From assembly GCA_963773605.1 (NCBI GenBank), contig CAVZBT010000018.1:65071-129070 (forward strand): a stretch of 64,000 nt of DNA. Direction: 5' to 3'. Below, in pieces: positions 37,592 through 50,296 of this stretch. The DNA is from an uncultured Acidobacteriota bacterium (lineage in GTDB: Bacteria; Acidobacteriota; UBA6911). Position numbers and translations under genes: made by a program. The first letter of the stretch is position 1, and every line of letters begins with the position of its first letter. The notes under the pieces are model-generated. The model had not been told where the DNA came from. It saw only the letters and a program-made list of their open reading frames with translations, and made no database searches.

Positions 37592-38286
37592 CTCAGCTCC
37601 ACCGTTCCAACCGAACGCGCCGCCGCGCTTCGGATTCGGTTCTTGAGACGATTGAGCACCTTTTCCACGCCCGTCTTGGACAACTTGAGGCCTCTGCAGC
37701 CGGCAATCTGGGCCACCGACAGATCATGGGCGAAGTAGAGTTTGAAGATCACCAGATCGCGCGCCGAATCCTGGCCGGAATTGCTTCTTATGGAGTCGAC
37801 ACTCATTTCGGTCAGCTCGCGGACCAGAATACCGCGTTCGATGGCGTGATGAGGAGCCAACGGGCCCGTGAGGTGTCGGGCCGTGTCCGCAAACTCCGCT
37901 GTCGCCACGATTTTGGGGCCGGGAACGCGTTTTTGGGCTCGGGTGCGGCGAAGATAGTCTCGAACTACGGAGCGGGTGATGACCGCCAGGTACGCCAGCA
38001 GCTCGGATTCCGTGCTCCCGGAAAAGCGTTTTATAGCCGCACAATCGTGTTCTATGAGCCGGACAATCACGTTCTGAAACAGGTCGTTTTCCTGTACCGC
38101 GTCCGGCAAGCCGGTGGGACACGAATACGATTTGTTGCCTTCCTGGCGGAGCGTACCCCGGATAAAGATCTTGATCTTCGGAGTGAAGCGCCGGAGAAAT
38201 TCCGACCAGAGTTCGGTGTCGTCCCTGTTTTCGGCACACAAAAGCAGCAACTCCACCGAGTCAAGTTGCGCAGGATCAGTCGCCAC
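37588..38286 (-). CDS. ECF-type RNA polymerase sigma-70 family factor
   Basis: The sigma-2 region is 'DLFQNVIVRLIEHDCAAIKRF...LLAYLAVITRSVVRDYLRR'. The sigma-4 HTH is 'DLVIFKLYFAHDLSVAQIAGCRGLKLSKTGVEKVLNRLKNRI'. Confidence 0.85.
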   Translation of the reverse strand: MATDPAQLDSVELLLLCAENRDDTELWSEFLRRFTPKIKIFIRGTLRQEGNKSYSCPTGLPDAVQENDLFQNVIVRLIEHDCAAIKRFSGSTESELLAYLAVITRSVVRDYLRRTRAQKRVPGPKIVATAEFADTARHLTGPLAPHHAIERGILVRELTEMSVDSIRSNSGQDSARDLVIFKLYFAHDLSVAQIAGCRGLKLSKTGVEKVLNRLKNRIRSAAARSVGTVELR

Positions 38287-38329
38287 GGCAGGTCCGGTCT
38301 AGTTGTTTTGGGTCACCGCTTCCGCCCTT

Positions 38330-38358
38330 AAGCTAGTGTAGACCGGCTGTTTTGTCAA
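38330..38358 (-). promoter_or_regulatory. Candidate sigma-70-type promoter for the ECF sigma operon (TTGACA-N17-TAGCTT)
   Basis: The minus strand reads 'TTGACAaaacagccggtctacacTAGCTT', 44 nt upstream of the GTG at 38286. The -10 hexamer is weak. Confidence 0.25.
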
Positions 38359-38450
38359 ATAGGTAAGATGCGTGGGGTGCGCGACGCGGAAAGCGGAAAC
38401 CGGGAGCCTGAGCCGGAAGTCCGGAGCCGGAAGCGGCGGGAGGTCCGGAA

Positions 38451-38723
38451 TCAGCCGTGAAGCGGCCGGGTTTTCGAATAACGGGCCAGGCTGCGCAGGA
38501 CCTGGGTGATCCAATTTTCCGTGTCTCTGCGTTGCCTCTGGTGATTGGATTGGAGACCCTCCACCACTTTCTGCGACACGAGGGCGCGCGTCTTCCGGCC
38601 CGTCCAGTGCAGCCACAATTCGTAATCCGTATCGGAGCCATCAGCCTCGGCCCAGGTTACGTTTTCGAGCGGGAAACCTAGTTGTTCCGCCTTGCTTCGT
38701 GTGGTCTGGGTAATCCAGTTCAT
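38451..38723 (-). CDS. Hypothetical small protein (90 aa)
   Basis: ATG at 38723 follows GGTGGAG. The sequence is 'MNWITQTTRSKAEQLGFPLENVTWAEADGSDTDYELWLHWTGRK...'. No family was recognised. Confidence 0.4.
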   Translation of the reverse strand: MNWITQTTRSKAEQLGFPLENVTWAEADGSDTDYELWLHWTGRKTRALVSQKVVEGLQSNHQRQRRDTENWITQVLRSLARYSKTRPLHG

Positions 38724-38941
38724 CGGCTCCACCGCCGAAGGTTTCTTTCTCAATGGGTTTTGCCTCGCTTTGTCAGGATTTCTGCAGCGCCTGATCGCGA
38801 CGCCAGCTACGGATATGCAAACAGGGGGCCAATGCCGGGGGTGGCTCAATTGGCGGTTTTACGGCATCGTCCGCGGGCTGGCGCCCGGGAAATATTCCAC
38901 TCCGGGGGCGGGCCGACGACCCGCGCTATTTTCCCGGAGTT

Positions 38942-39003
38942 TTGGAGTGCGGCGGCTCGACGGCTCGACGCCGCTTTGTGGGCGGCGCCCCGGCGCAGCC
39001 GCT
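38942..39003 (+). repeat. REP-like element, third copy, with internal 8-bp duplication (ggctcgac x2)
   Basis: 'ttggagtgcggcggctcgacggctcgacgccgctttgtgggcggcgccccggcgcagcc' matches 56-116. Confidence 0.7.
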
Positions 39004-39169
39004 GTCAGGGTCCGACGATGTCTTTGGGTGTTCTTTGTAACTTGTGATCCTCCGCCCCAACCCAGGGCAGCGGCCGCTTCGAGGCCTTCGCCGTGGGCTG
39101 TCCTGTCGCGCGCCCTTCGCGCTCCGGATCGTGGTACGCCGCCAATATCACTACTACCGTTACGTGCCA

Positions 39170-40875
<1,706 letters not shown>

Positions 40876-40895
40876 AACCGATGTCTCCTTTCCTG

Positions 40896-42698
40896 CTATT
40901 TCCTGGACAGGCTGACCAATTCGCGATCGACGAGAACGCGCTGCTCGATGAGCCGGTTCAGCGTCTCATCGTCCTTCCGCTGAGCCGCATCGGCGATCTG
41001 TAGCGAGGATCTTTTGCTTGTATGATGCCAGTCCAGGAGCGCGTACAGCGCGTTGTAAAAGCTCTCCGCGGCGTTTCCGCTGACAGAGTCTCCGGCACTT
41101 CTTCGATCTGCAGCTGGGCCAGAAGCACCTGCTCCGCTCCGCCGGCAAACGACCGGTGAAGACGCTCAAAGCTGCAAATCCTGCTGTTGCGGTGAAACTC
41201 TTCCATAACGACGGCAAATATCTTTTCGGTCGCCAGTCCGTCGAAATCCCGCTCCGAACAATGCGGCAGGATTTCCGGCTGAAGCTCCGTATTGCTCAGC
41301 AGCAACTGGAGGAGCCGTCTTTTCAGCGAACTTCATCGGCGCCGAGGGACGCGAGCGGCACCTCGGGCAGCCGGGTCCGTCTCTGCTGGGCGGCCCGCTT
41401 CACTTCCGCGAGCAGCTGCTGATCTTCGATGTGCAACTTGCGGGCGAATCGGAATACGTAGTCGGATCGTTCAACGGCGTTGGGCAACTTTGCCAGGTAC
41501 GGCAGAACGGCATTTAGAACCTGAATTTTGCTCCTGGGGTTATCCAGCACTGCCCTGGCTGCTGAATTGCCGTATCGAGCACAAAGTCCAGGTAGGGCGC
41601 GGACTCGCGCAGTCGGTTCCGGTATTCGGCTCGCCCCCGCCTTCCGGATGAATTCGTCCGGATCCTGCCCGTCGGCAGCCGGAGTACCTTGACCCGAAAA
41701 TCCTCCTCCAAAAAAAGATCGAGCGACCTCTGCGTTGCGGCAAGCCCAGCGGAATCAGGATCGTAGCTGACGACCACTTCGCGCGTGTAACGACCCAGCA
41801 ACTGCACCTGTTGGGGAGTCAGACTGGTTCCAAGCGAGGCAACCAGATTCTCGATCGCCGTGCTGGAAGGGGATAATAAAATCCATGTAGCCTTCGACCA
41901 GTACGGCGAAGTCCAGACTTCTTGATTCCCTCCCGGGAGAAGCTCAAGCCGAAAAGGTTTCGACTTTTATTATAGAGCCTCGTCTCCGGTGAATTCAAAT
42001 ACTTCGGTTGCCGGTCGCCCATGCGCGCGCCCGCCGAAAGCGATGACTCTTCCGCGCACGTCAGTGATGGGAAACATGATCCGTCCGCGGAACGCGTCGT
42101 AAGGCGTCTGCCGTCCTCGGAGCGTCTTGATCAGTCCGCATTCCTCGAGACTTCGGGCATATGATCCCAAGCTTCGACAGCCGTTGGAGTAAGCGCGTCT
42201 GCCGTCGGCGGGGAGAATACCCCAGAGCAAACCGGTCGATCGTGTCGCCGGCGTCACGCCCCGTCCCTTCCAGATACTTCAGCGCGGGGCGTCCTTCTTC
42301 GGATTCCAGCAGCATGCGGCGGAAAAAGCTGCAGCGCCTCCTCCATGGCCCGCGCAATGACTTCGGTGTCGCCCGCCGCATCCTCGCCCGGCGCGGCATC
42401 GCTCGGGGAGCGCGACCCCGTACCGCTCCGCGATGAAGCTGCACCGACTCCGGGAAAGGTCAGGTGCTCGACCTGCATTACGAACTTGAAGACGTCGCCG
42501 CCGACCCCGCATCCGAAGCACATGAAGATCTGCTTCTCTTCGTTGACGTTGAACGACGGGGTCTTTTCGGTGTGGAAGGGGCAGCGGGCGACGTGGTTCC
42601 GACCGCGCTTCTTCGAGCGCCACGTACTCGGAGACCAGCGATACGATATTGACGGCATTCCGCACTTCATCCAGGACGCCGTCAGAGTACAGGGGCAT
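40896..42698 (-). CDS. dnaG: DNA primase DnaG, reading frame broken by many frameshifts
   Basis: The start at 42698 gives '[28 protein letters not shown]'. The zinc finger is '[34 protein letters not shown]'. '[19 protein letters not shown]' and the TOPRIM piece '[15 protein letters not shown]' are present. The pieces are spread over all three frames. The stop at 40896 lies 20 nt before rpoD. Confidence 0.85.
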
Positions 42699-42786
42699 AC
42701 AGTTCTCGCCTGGAGTTGAGTGCCGGAATAATAACCAAAGTGCCGCACCCAGACCGAAAATGGCGCACGAATTGCAGCGAATTTCG

Positions 42787-43635
42787 TCAAGTGGACGAAT
42801 AGTCGACGTGAAGCGCGGCCGCTCTCGATGCGCTCGCCTGACCGAGGCGGGAAGCGGGAGGCGCGGCCGGCTCCGAGACGGGTTTACGCTTGCGGTTGAT
42901 GAGGCTGGCGACATAGCCGGCGCCGAAACCGTTGTCGATGTTGACCACGGAGACGTTCGAGGCGCAGCTGTTGAGCATCGCGAGCAGGGCGGTCATCCCG
43001 CCGAAGGCGCTGCCGTAGCCGACGCTGGTCGGCACGGCGATGACGGGAACGCTGACCAGCCCGCCGACGACGCTGGGGAGCGCGCCTTCCATGCCGGCGA
43101 CCACGATAACCACGCGCGCCCGCACCAGAGCTTCGCGAGCGCTGAGCAGGCGGTGGATGCCGGCGACACCCGCATCAAAGGTTCGCTCGACGGCGTTGCC
43201 CATGAGCTGCGGCCGTCAGCGCGGCCTCCTCGGCGACGGGGATGTCGGAAGTGCCGGCGCACACGATGTGGATCGTGCCGTCGCCGTAGATCGTGGAGTC
43301 CTGGACGATGCTGGCCGCGCGCGCGTCCTCGTGGTAACCGGGCCTTTCGGGCGGACGCGGCGCACGGCGGGCGTAGGTCTCCGGCGTGCAGCGGGTGACG
43401 AGGACATTGCACTTCTGGGGCAGCAGGCTGCGGACGATCGGGCGACCTGATCGGGCTTCTTCCCGAGCCCGAAGATCACCTCGGGAAATCCGTGCCGCAG
43501 GGTGCGGTGATGATCGACGCGGGCAAATCCGAGGTCCTCGTACGGAAGGTTGCCGCAGCCGTTCGACCCCCTCGGCGGGGCTGACGGCACCCGCCCGTAC
43601 CTGCTCCAGCAACTCGAGGATGTTCTGACGATTCA

Positions 43636-43636
<1 letters not shown>
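42787..43636 (-). CDS. larB: Nickel-pincer cofactor biosynthesis protein LarB (AIR-carboxylase-like), broken by at least 3 frameshifts
   Basis: The pieces are '[27 protein letters not shown]', '[29 protein letters not shown]', '[21 protein letters not shown]' and 'VAGIHRLL...[73 protein letters not shown]'. Confidence 0.8.
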
Positions 43637-45934
<2,298 letters not shown>

Positions 45935-45991
45935 GTAATCCTCCATGGATTGTTCCGAGCGGAGGGATGCCGAGCGGGTCATGCGAAGCAG

Positions 45992-46080
45992 GAATTATGA
46001 TTATGAGCCCTGAGTTAAAGGCTATCCGGAGTGGCCCGGGGGTTCTCACGGACTAGCCCTTAACTCATAACTCATAATTC
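45992..46080 (-). promoter_or_regulatory. Long AT-rich imperfect stem-loop in the rpsO-pnp intergenic leader
   Basis: The arms GAATTATGATTATGAG...TGAGTTAAAGG (45992-46021) and CCCTTAACTCATAACTCATAATTC (46057-46080) are complementary over more than 20 bp. The position matches the RNase III-processed pnp leader hairpin known from E. coli. Confidence 0.45.
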
Positions 46081-46277
46081 ATAGACCCTGCAGGCTCCCT
46101 GCCGTTCGCTGTGTTTTGCCCCGGGTGTTGCCGGGAACCGGGAATCTTAAGATTCCCGCGTCTTTCAGGGCACTTCCAGACCCCAGGCTGGAAAACCGGA
46201 TTGCACACGTGAGGAGGGCGAATCCGATCGGATGGGGATACCCTCCCGCCATAGGCAGGAGGATACTGTGGCTGAAC

Positions 46278-46547
46278 CTATTTCCGGATCCCAAGCCTGT
46301 CGATGATCGTCCGATAACGAGCCTGGTCTGTGGCTTTGAGGTAATCCAGAAGCCGGCGTCTCTTGCCGACCATCTTCAACAGGCCCCTGCGCGAATGGTG
46401 ATCCTTGGCGTGAGTCTTGAAATGATCGGTCAAATAGGTGATCTTCTCGCTCAGAATCGCGATCTGCACCTCGGGCGAGCCCGTATCGGTCTCATGGGTT
46501 CGATAAGTGTCCACCAGCTCAACTTTTCTGTCTCTCGTAAGCGCCAA
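46278..46547 (-). CDS. rpsO: 30S ribosomal protein S15
   Basis: TTG at 46547 follows GGAGGA. The sequence '[89 protein letters not shown]' matches S15. Confidence 0.92.
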   Translation of the reverse strand: MALTRDRKVELVDTYRTHETDTGSPEVQIAILSEKITYLTDHFKTHAKDHHSRRGLLKMVGKRRRLLDYLKATDQARYRTIIDRLGIRK

Positions 46548-46744
46548 GGCTTCCTCCGAACAAGCAAACCTGGATATGACAAACGGCAACGATACCATAG
46601 GGTCGGGGCTTCCGCAAAACAAAAACCAGGCTGAGGGTGCGCGACGCCAGGGTTGTCCGGCTGTGCCGTCGCGACCTCGGGATATGGAAGCCTGGAGCCG
46701 GTGACGACACTTTCCCTTCAAGGCTCCTCGAAGACGCGAAGAGA

Positions 46745-48677
46745 TCAGGAAGGGCAGGGGCGGAGTCCGAGGATGACGTTGGCGAGCGTCTGCAGGTCGA
46801 TGACATTGACGCTGCCGTCGGTGTTTACGTCGCAGCCTCCCGGATTCGGGGTGGTGCCCAGGATAACGTTGATCAGGACCTGAACGTCGATCACGTTGAC
46901 CGAACCGTCGCGATTTATGTCGCAGCCGCAGCAGTTCACGACGAAATCGGCCGCGCTCACCGCACTCCCGGCGGGGGTGGCGACCGTGACCTTGCCCGTG
47001 GCGGCCCCGGCCGGCACGGTCGTCGTGATCCGGGTCGGTGAGACCACGGTAAATGCCGCGGCGACGGTCTTGAACCGGACGGAGGTGGCCCCGCTGAATC
47101 CGGACCCGGTAATTGCGACCGGGGTGCCGGCGGCGCCGCTCGACGGCAGGAGGCCGGTGATCACGGGCCCGGACGAGAGCGTCGTGGCGGACGCTTCGTT
47201 CGAATATCCCGAGTTGCCGGAAGCGCCCAGGGCCTGGACGCGGTAGAAGTAGGTGGTGCCGGTTGTGCGCCCGGTGTCGGAAAAAGACAGCACGTTGGCC
47301 GGGGTGCTCCCGGCCTGTTGCCACGATCCGGCCCCGTCCCGGCGCTCGATCCGGAACCCGGTCTCGCTCCCGCTGTTGTCCTGCCACGCGAGGTTGATCC
47401 GGGACGTGGAGACGGCCGTGGCCGTCAGCGACGACGGGGCGCGCCGGGACTGTCGGTCCCGAGGTCAGGCATGCCCAGTTTTGCTCGACATGGCTGCCGA
47501 TCTCGCCTTTGGAAAACGGGCAGAATGTGGTCCCGGTCACGACGAAGCTGTTCATGACCGTGTTGGCGCAGTCGGGCTGGGGCGGGTCCGCCTGATCCGA
47601 GTGCGAGGCGCCGAAATTGTGGCCGATCTCGTGCGCCGTCAGGACGTACTTGCCCGGCGCGACGCCGTACTTCTGGGAGATGCCGTAGCTGAAAGATCTC
47701 GTGTCGCAGACGACGCCGAGATATGCGATCCCGACCGTGCTGCCGTCCATGTCCTTGCCGGTCCACATGTGCGCGAAGTCATACGGGATCGAGTAGTAGT
47801 TCGCATTCCAGTAGGACCGGAACTCCTCGAGCATGCTCGACGCGGCGGTCGACTGGTAGGGGTAGGAGTCCGATACGGCAGTCCAGGCGTGCTGGTAGCT
47901 CACCTGGAGCGAAATGCCGAGGTTGGTCTCATAAATCCCGGAGACCTGGTTCATGATGTCGAGTATTGCGGCGTTGGCCGCGGCCGCGCCGCCGCAGTAC
48001 AGGACGTATTCATAATCCGCTTCGGTGGCGACATCGGCCGCATAGCTCCCGGCCTCGAGTTCGCCGGCCTGGGAGGCGGCCCGTTGGCGGGCCGCCCCTA
48101 TCCGGTGAGCCAGGCTGGTGCCGCAAATGCCGATCGCGTCCTCCATGATGTCCGACCGCCGGTAGACCGCGAATTCCGATGCGGGGGCCTCGGGCGAATA
48201 ATTCCGAAGCGATTCGAAGTAGTACCATTCGCCGGGAGTGAGGATCACGCCCTCAAACAGCGCGTCGTCGACCGAGAACCGGGCCTGGGCCCCGGGCATG
48301 CCTGCAACGGTGCCCCTGTAGGTCCGGCGGGGGCTCTCGGAGGCCGGGCGGCGCCGCCCGTCGGCTCCCGTCTCTTCCGCGAAATAGCCGGGCGCCCTGA
48401 GATCGGACGGTTCAAGCTGGACGTCGAACTCGAGGCTGGGGGTCACCAGGTGGAGGCTCCGGCCGGCACGGACCTGGCGGGCGGTCTCGACCGTGTCCAG
48501 GCGCATCGCCTCATGCTGCCGCACGAAGCGCCGGATACCGGCGCCCGTATCCACGTTCCTGCCTCCGCGTGCGGACCCAAATTCAATGCCCCACAATACC
48601 GCGAGGGCCCCTGCCAGCAACATGGCTGGAGACTTCAGTGCGATCCGCGCTATCCGGTTCATGCTTGGCCTCGGCAT
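46745..48677 (-). CDS. Secreted metzincin (reprolysin/M12B-like) metalloprotease with FN3, IPT/TIG and dockerin-type modules; one frameshift near 47440
   Basis: The N-terminal frame carries the zinc site '[16 protein letters not shown]' (HExxHxxGxxH). After a shift at a C-run near 47440 the sequence continues with '[29 protein letters not shown]...YFYRVQA' (FN3), '[32 protein letters not shown]' (IPT) and '[23 protein letters not shown]...[23 protein letters not shown]' (two dockerin EF-hand-like repeats). Confidence 0.75.
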
Positions 48678-48846
48678 TCGTTGGGGGATACGGGCAACTT
48701 ATCGTCATCCGGAGGCCACTACGGTAGGGCTGTCTTGGGTACGGTGCCTCGGCATCGCCTTCCAGGGTTGTACCGGATCGGTACGCTCGGCCGGAGGGCG
48801 GCGGGCCGTGGACTTTATACGCCTCTGACGGTTTCGGCCTTGGTGT

Positions 48847-50244
48847 TCAGTCCGAGGCCCGCACAAGTACCAGGCGGCGGAACCTGCGGGCGCGGAGGTC
48901 CGACATGCACTTCTGGGCGCCTTGGAGGTCGAAAGGGCCCACGGTGACGGCGTACAGGCGGTTGCGCCTGCCCTTGTCCTCCACGCTGGAGTGGGCGCTG
49001 AAACCCAGCTGCTGCAACTCGCGCACAGCCGCGTCCGCCCGCCACTTTTCGCGCAGCGAGTGCACCCGGACGCGGTAGATTGCCGTGCCACCGGTCTTGG
49101 CGGCGGCGACCGGCTTGCTCGCCTTCGACGGCACGACCGGAGGCGGCACCGTCATTACGGCAGGCGCAGGTTGCGGCAGTGCCGACGCGGAGTCCGGAAC
49201 AGGGGAAACCGATGCGGCCACCGTCGCCGACGGGTCTGGCCGGATGCCGGACGAGGTCAGGATTCTGCGGGCTGTCCACAAGATCACCAGGGACGCCAGG
49301 GTGATGAGGGCCAAGGCCAGGGCGGGTTTGAGGCGCCTCGGCAACTTTAACGGCTGCGGCTGCCTGGTGTCGTCCTGTCCGCGCAGCTTGCGCGCCGCCT
49401 CCCGCACCATCTTGCCGGTGATCGTCCAGGAGCCTTCCGAGTATCCCGCGAGCAACGCACGATCGCAGATAAGATTGACCAGCCTTGGGTAGCCTTGTGA
49501 GAACTTGTAGACCTCGTTCAGGGCGCCGCGGGTGAAGTCCAGGCTCGGGGATGCCTGCGCGATTTTCAGGCGGTGGGCAATGTACCGGACCGTGTCGTCG
49601 GGCGACAGGGGTTTGAGCTCGTAGCGAATCGATATCCGCTGATTCAGCGACCGCAATTCGGCTGTCTTCAGCTTCTGCGTGAACTCGATCTGCCCGACAA
49701 ATATGATCTGCAGGAGCTTTTTCTTGGCCGTTTCCAGGTTGGACAGCAGTCTCAACTGCTCCAGGACGTCCGGCGACAAGTTCTGCGCCTCGTCGATGAT
49801 GAGTACGCAAAAGACGTCCTCCTCCGCCCGGTCCACGAGGAAGAAGTTGAGCTCGTCGATCAGCTCCTTCCGGGTCATGCCCTCCATCCAGTTCGGCTCG
49901 TCGGGGGCGGGTTCCAAGTCGGGACCTGGACCCGCGCAGGCGTGCCTGCGCCGCTTGATGCCGAAGTCCTGAATGATGGCGCGGAGCATGTCCTCGGCCG
50001 TCAGCAGCGGGTCGAGTACGAGGGCCGTCTGCAGGCCGTTCTCCAGCCTGCCGAGCAAAGCCCAGCACAGTGTGGTTTTGCCGGTGCCCACGTCGCCCAC
50101 GATGACGGTGAACCCCTCCCTGCGCCGAATGGCGTAGAGCACCTGGTCCATCGCGGCCTGGTAGTTCTGGTTGAGGAAAAGGAACTCCGGATCCGGAGTC
50201 AGGCTGAACGGATTCTCCTTGAGGCAGTAGAATGGTTCGTACAT
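48847..50244 (-). CDS. ExeA/GspA/MshM-like AAA ATPase with a TM segment and C-terminal SPOR (peptidoglycan-binding) domain
   Basis: Walker A is 'GDVGTGKTT' and Walker B is 'VLIIDEAQNL'. 'GYPRLVNLICDRALL' is present. The TM helix is 'ALALALITLASLVILW'. The C-terminal 'YRVRVHSLREKWRADAAVRELQQLGFSA...LYAVTVGPF' is SPOR-like. Confidence 0.8.
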   Translation of the reverse strand: MYEPFYCLKENPFSLTPDPEFLFLNQNYQAAMDQVLYAIRRREGFTVIVGDVGTGKTTLCWALLGRLENGLQTALVLDPLLTAEDMLRAIIQDFGIKRRRHACAGPGPDLEPAPDEPNWMEGMTRKELIDELNFFLVDRAEEDVFCVLIIDEAQNLSPDVLEQLRLLSNLETAKKKLLQIIFVGQIEFTQKLKTAELRSLNQRISIRYELKPLSPDDTVRYIAHRLKIAQASPSLDFTRGALNEVYKFSQGYPRLVNLICDRALLAGYSEGSWTITGKMVREAARKLRGQDDTRQPQPLKLPRRLKPALALALITLASLVILWTARRILTSSGIRPDPSATVAASVSPVPDSASALPQPAPAVMTVPPPVVPSKASKPVAAAKTGGTAIYRVRVHSLREKWRADAAVRELQQLGFSAHSSVEDKGRRNRLYAVTVGPFDLQGAQKCMSDLRARRFRRLVLVRASD

Positions 50245-50296
50245 GCCGGCCCCCTGGCGGGCGGCCGCAGGTCTGAGCGCGTCGCTCCCCTCCCCG

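Noticed and set aside
46278-48677. 799-aa ORF in the six-frame track that appears to be one very large protein
   Set aside because: It is a chimera. Only the first 410 or so codons are the metalloprotease. After the frameshift near 47440 the frame is Arg/Pro-rich nonsense that happens to stay open until it runs into rpsO (46278-46547), which has its own RBS and TTG start. The real protease C-terminus (FN3, IPT, dockerin) is in the 46745-47293 frame.
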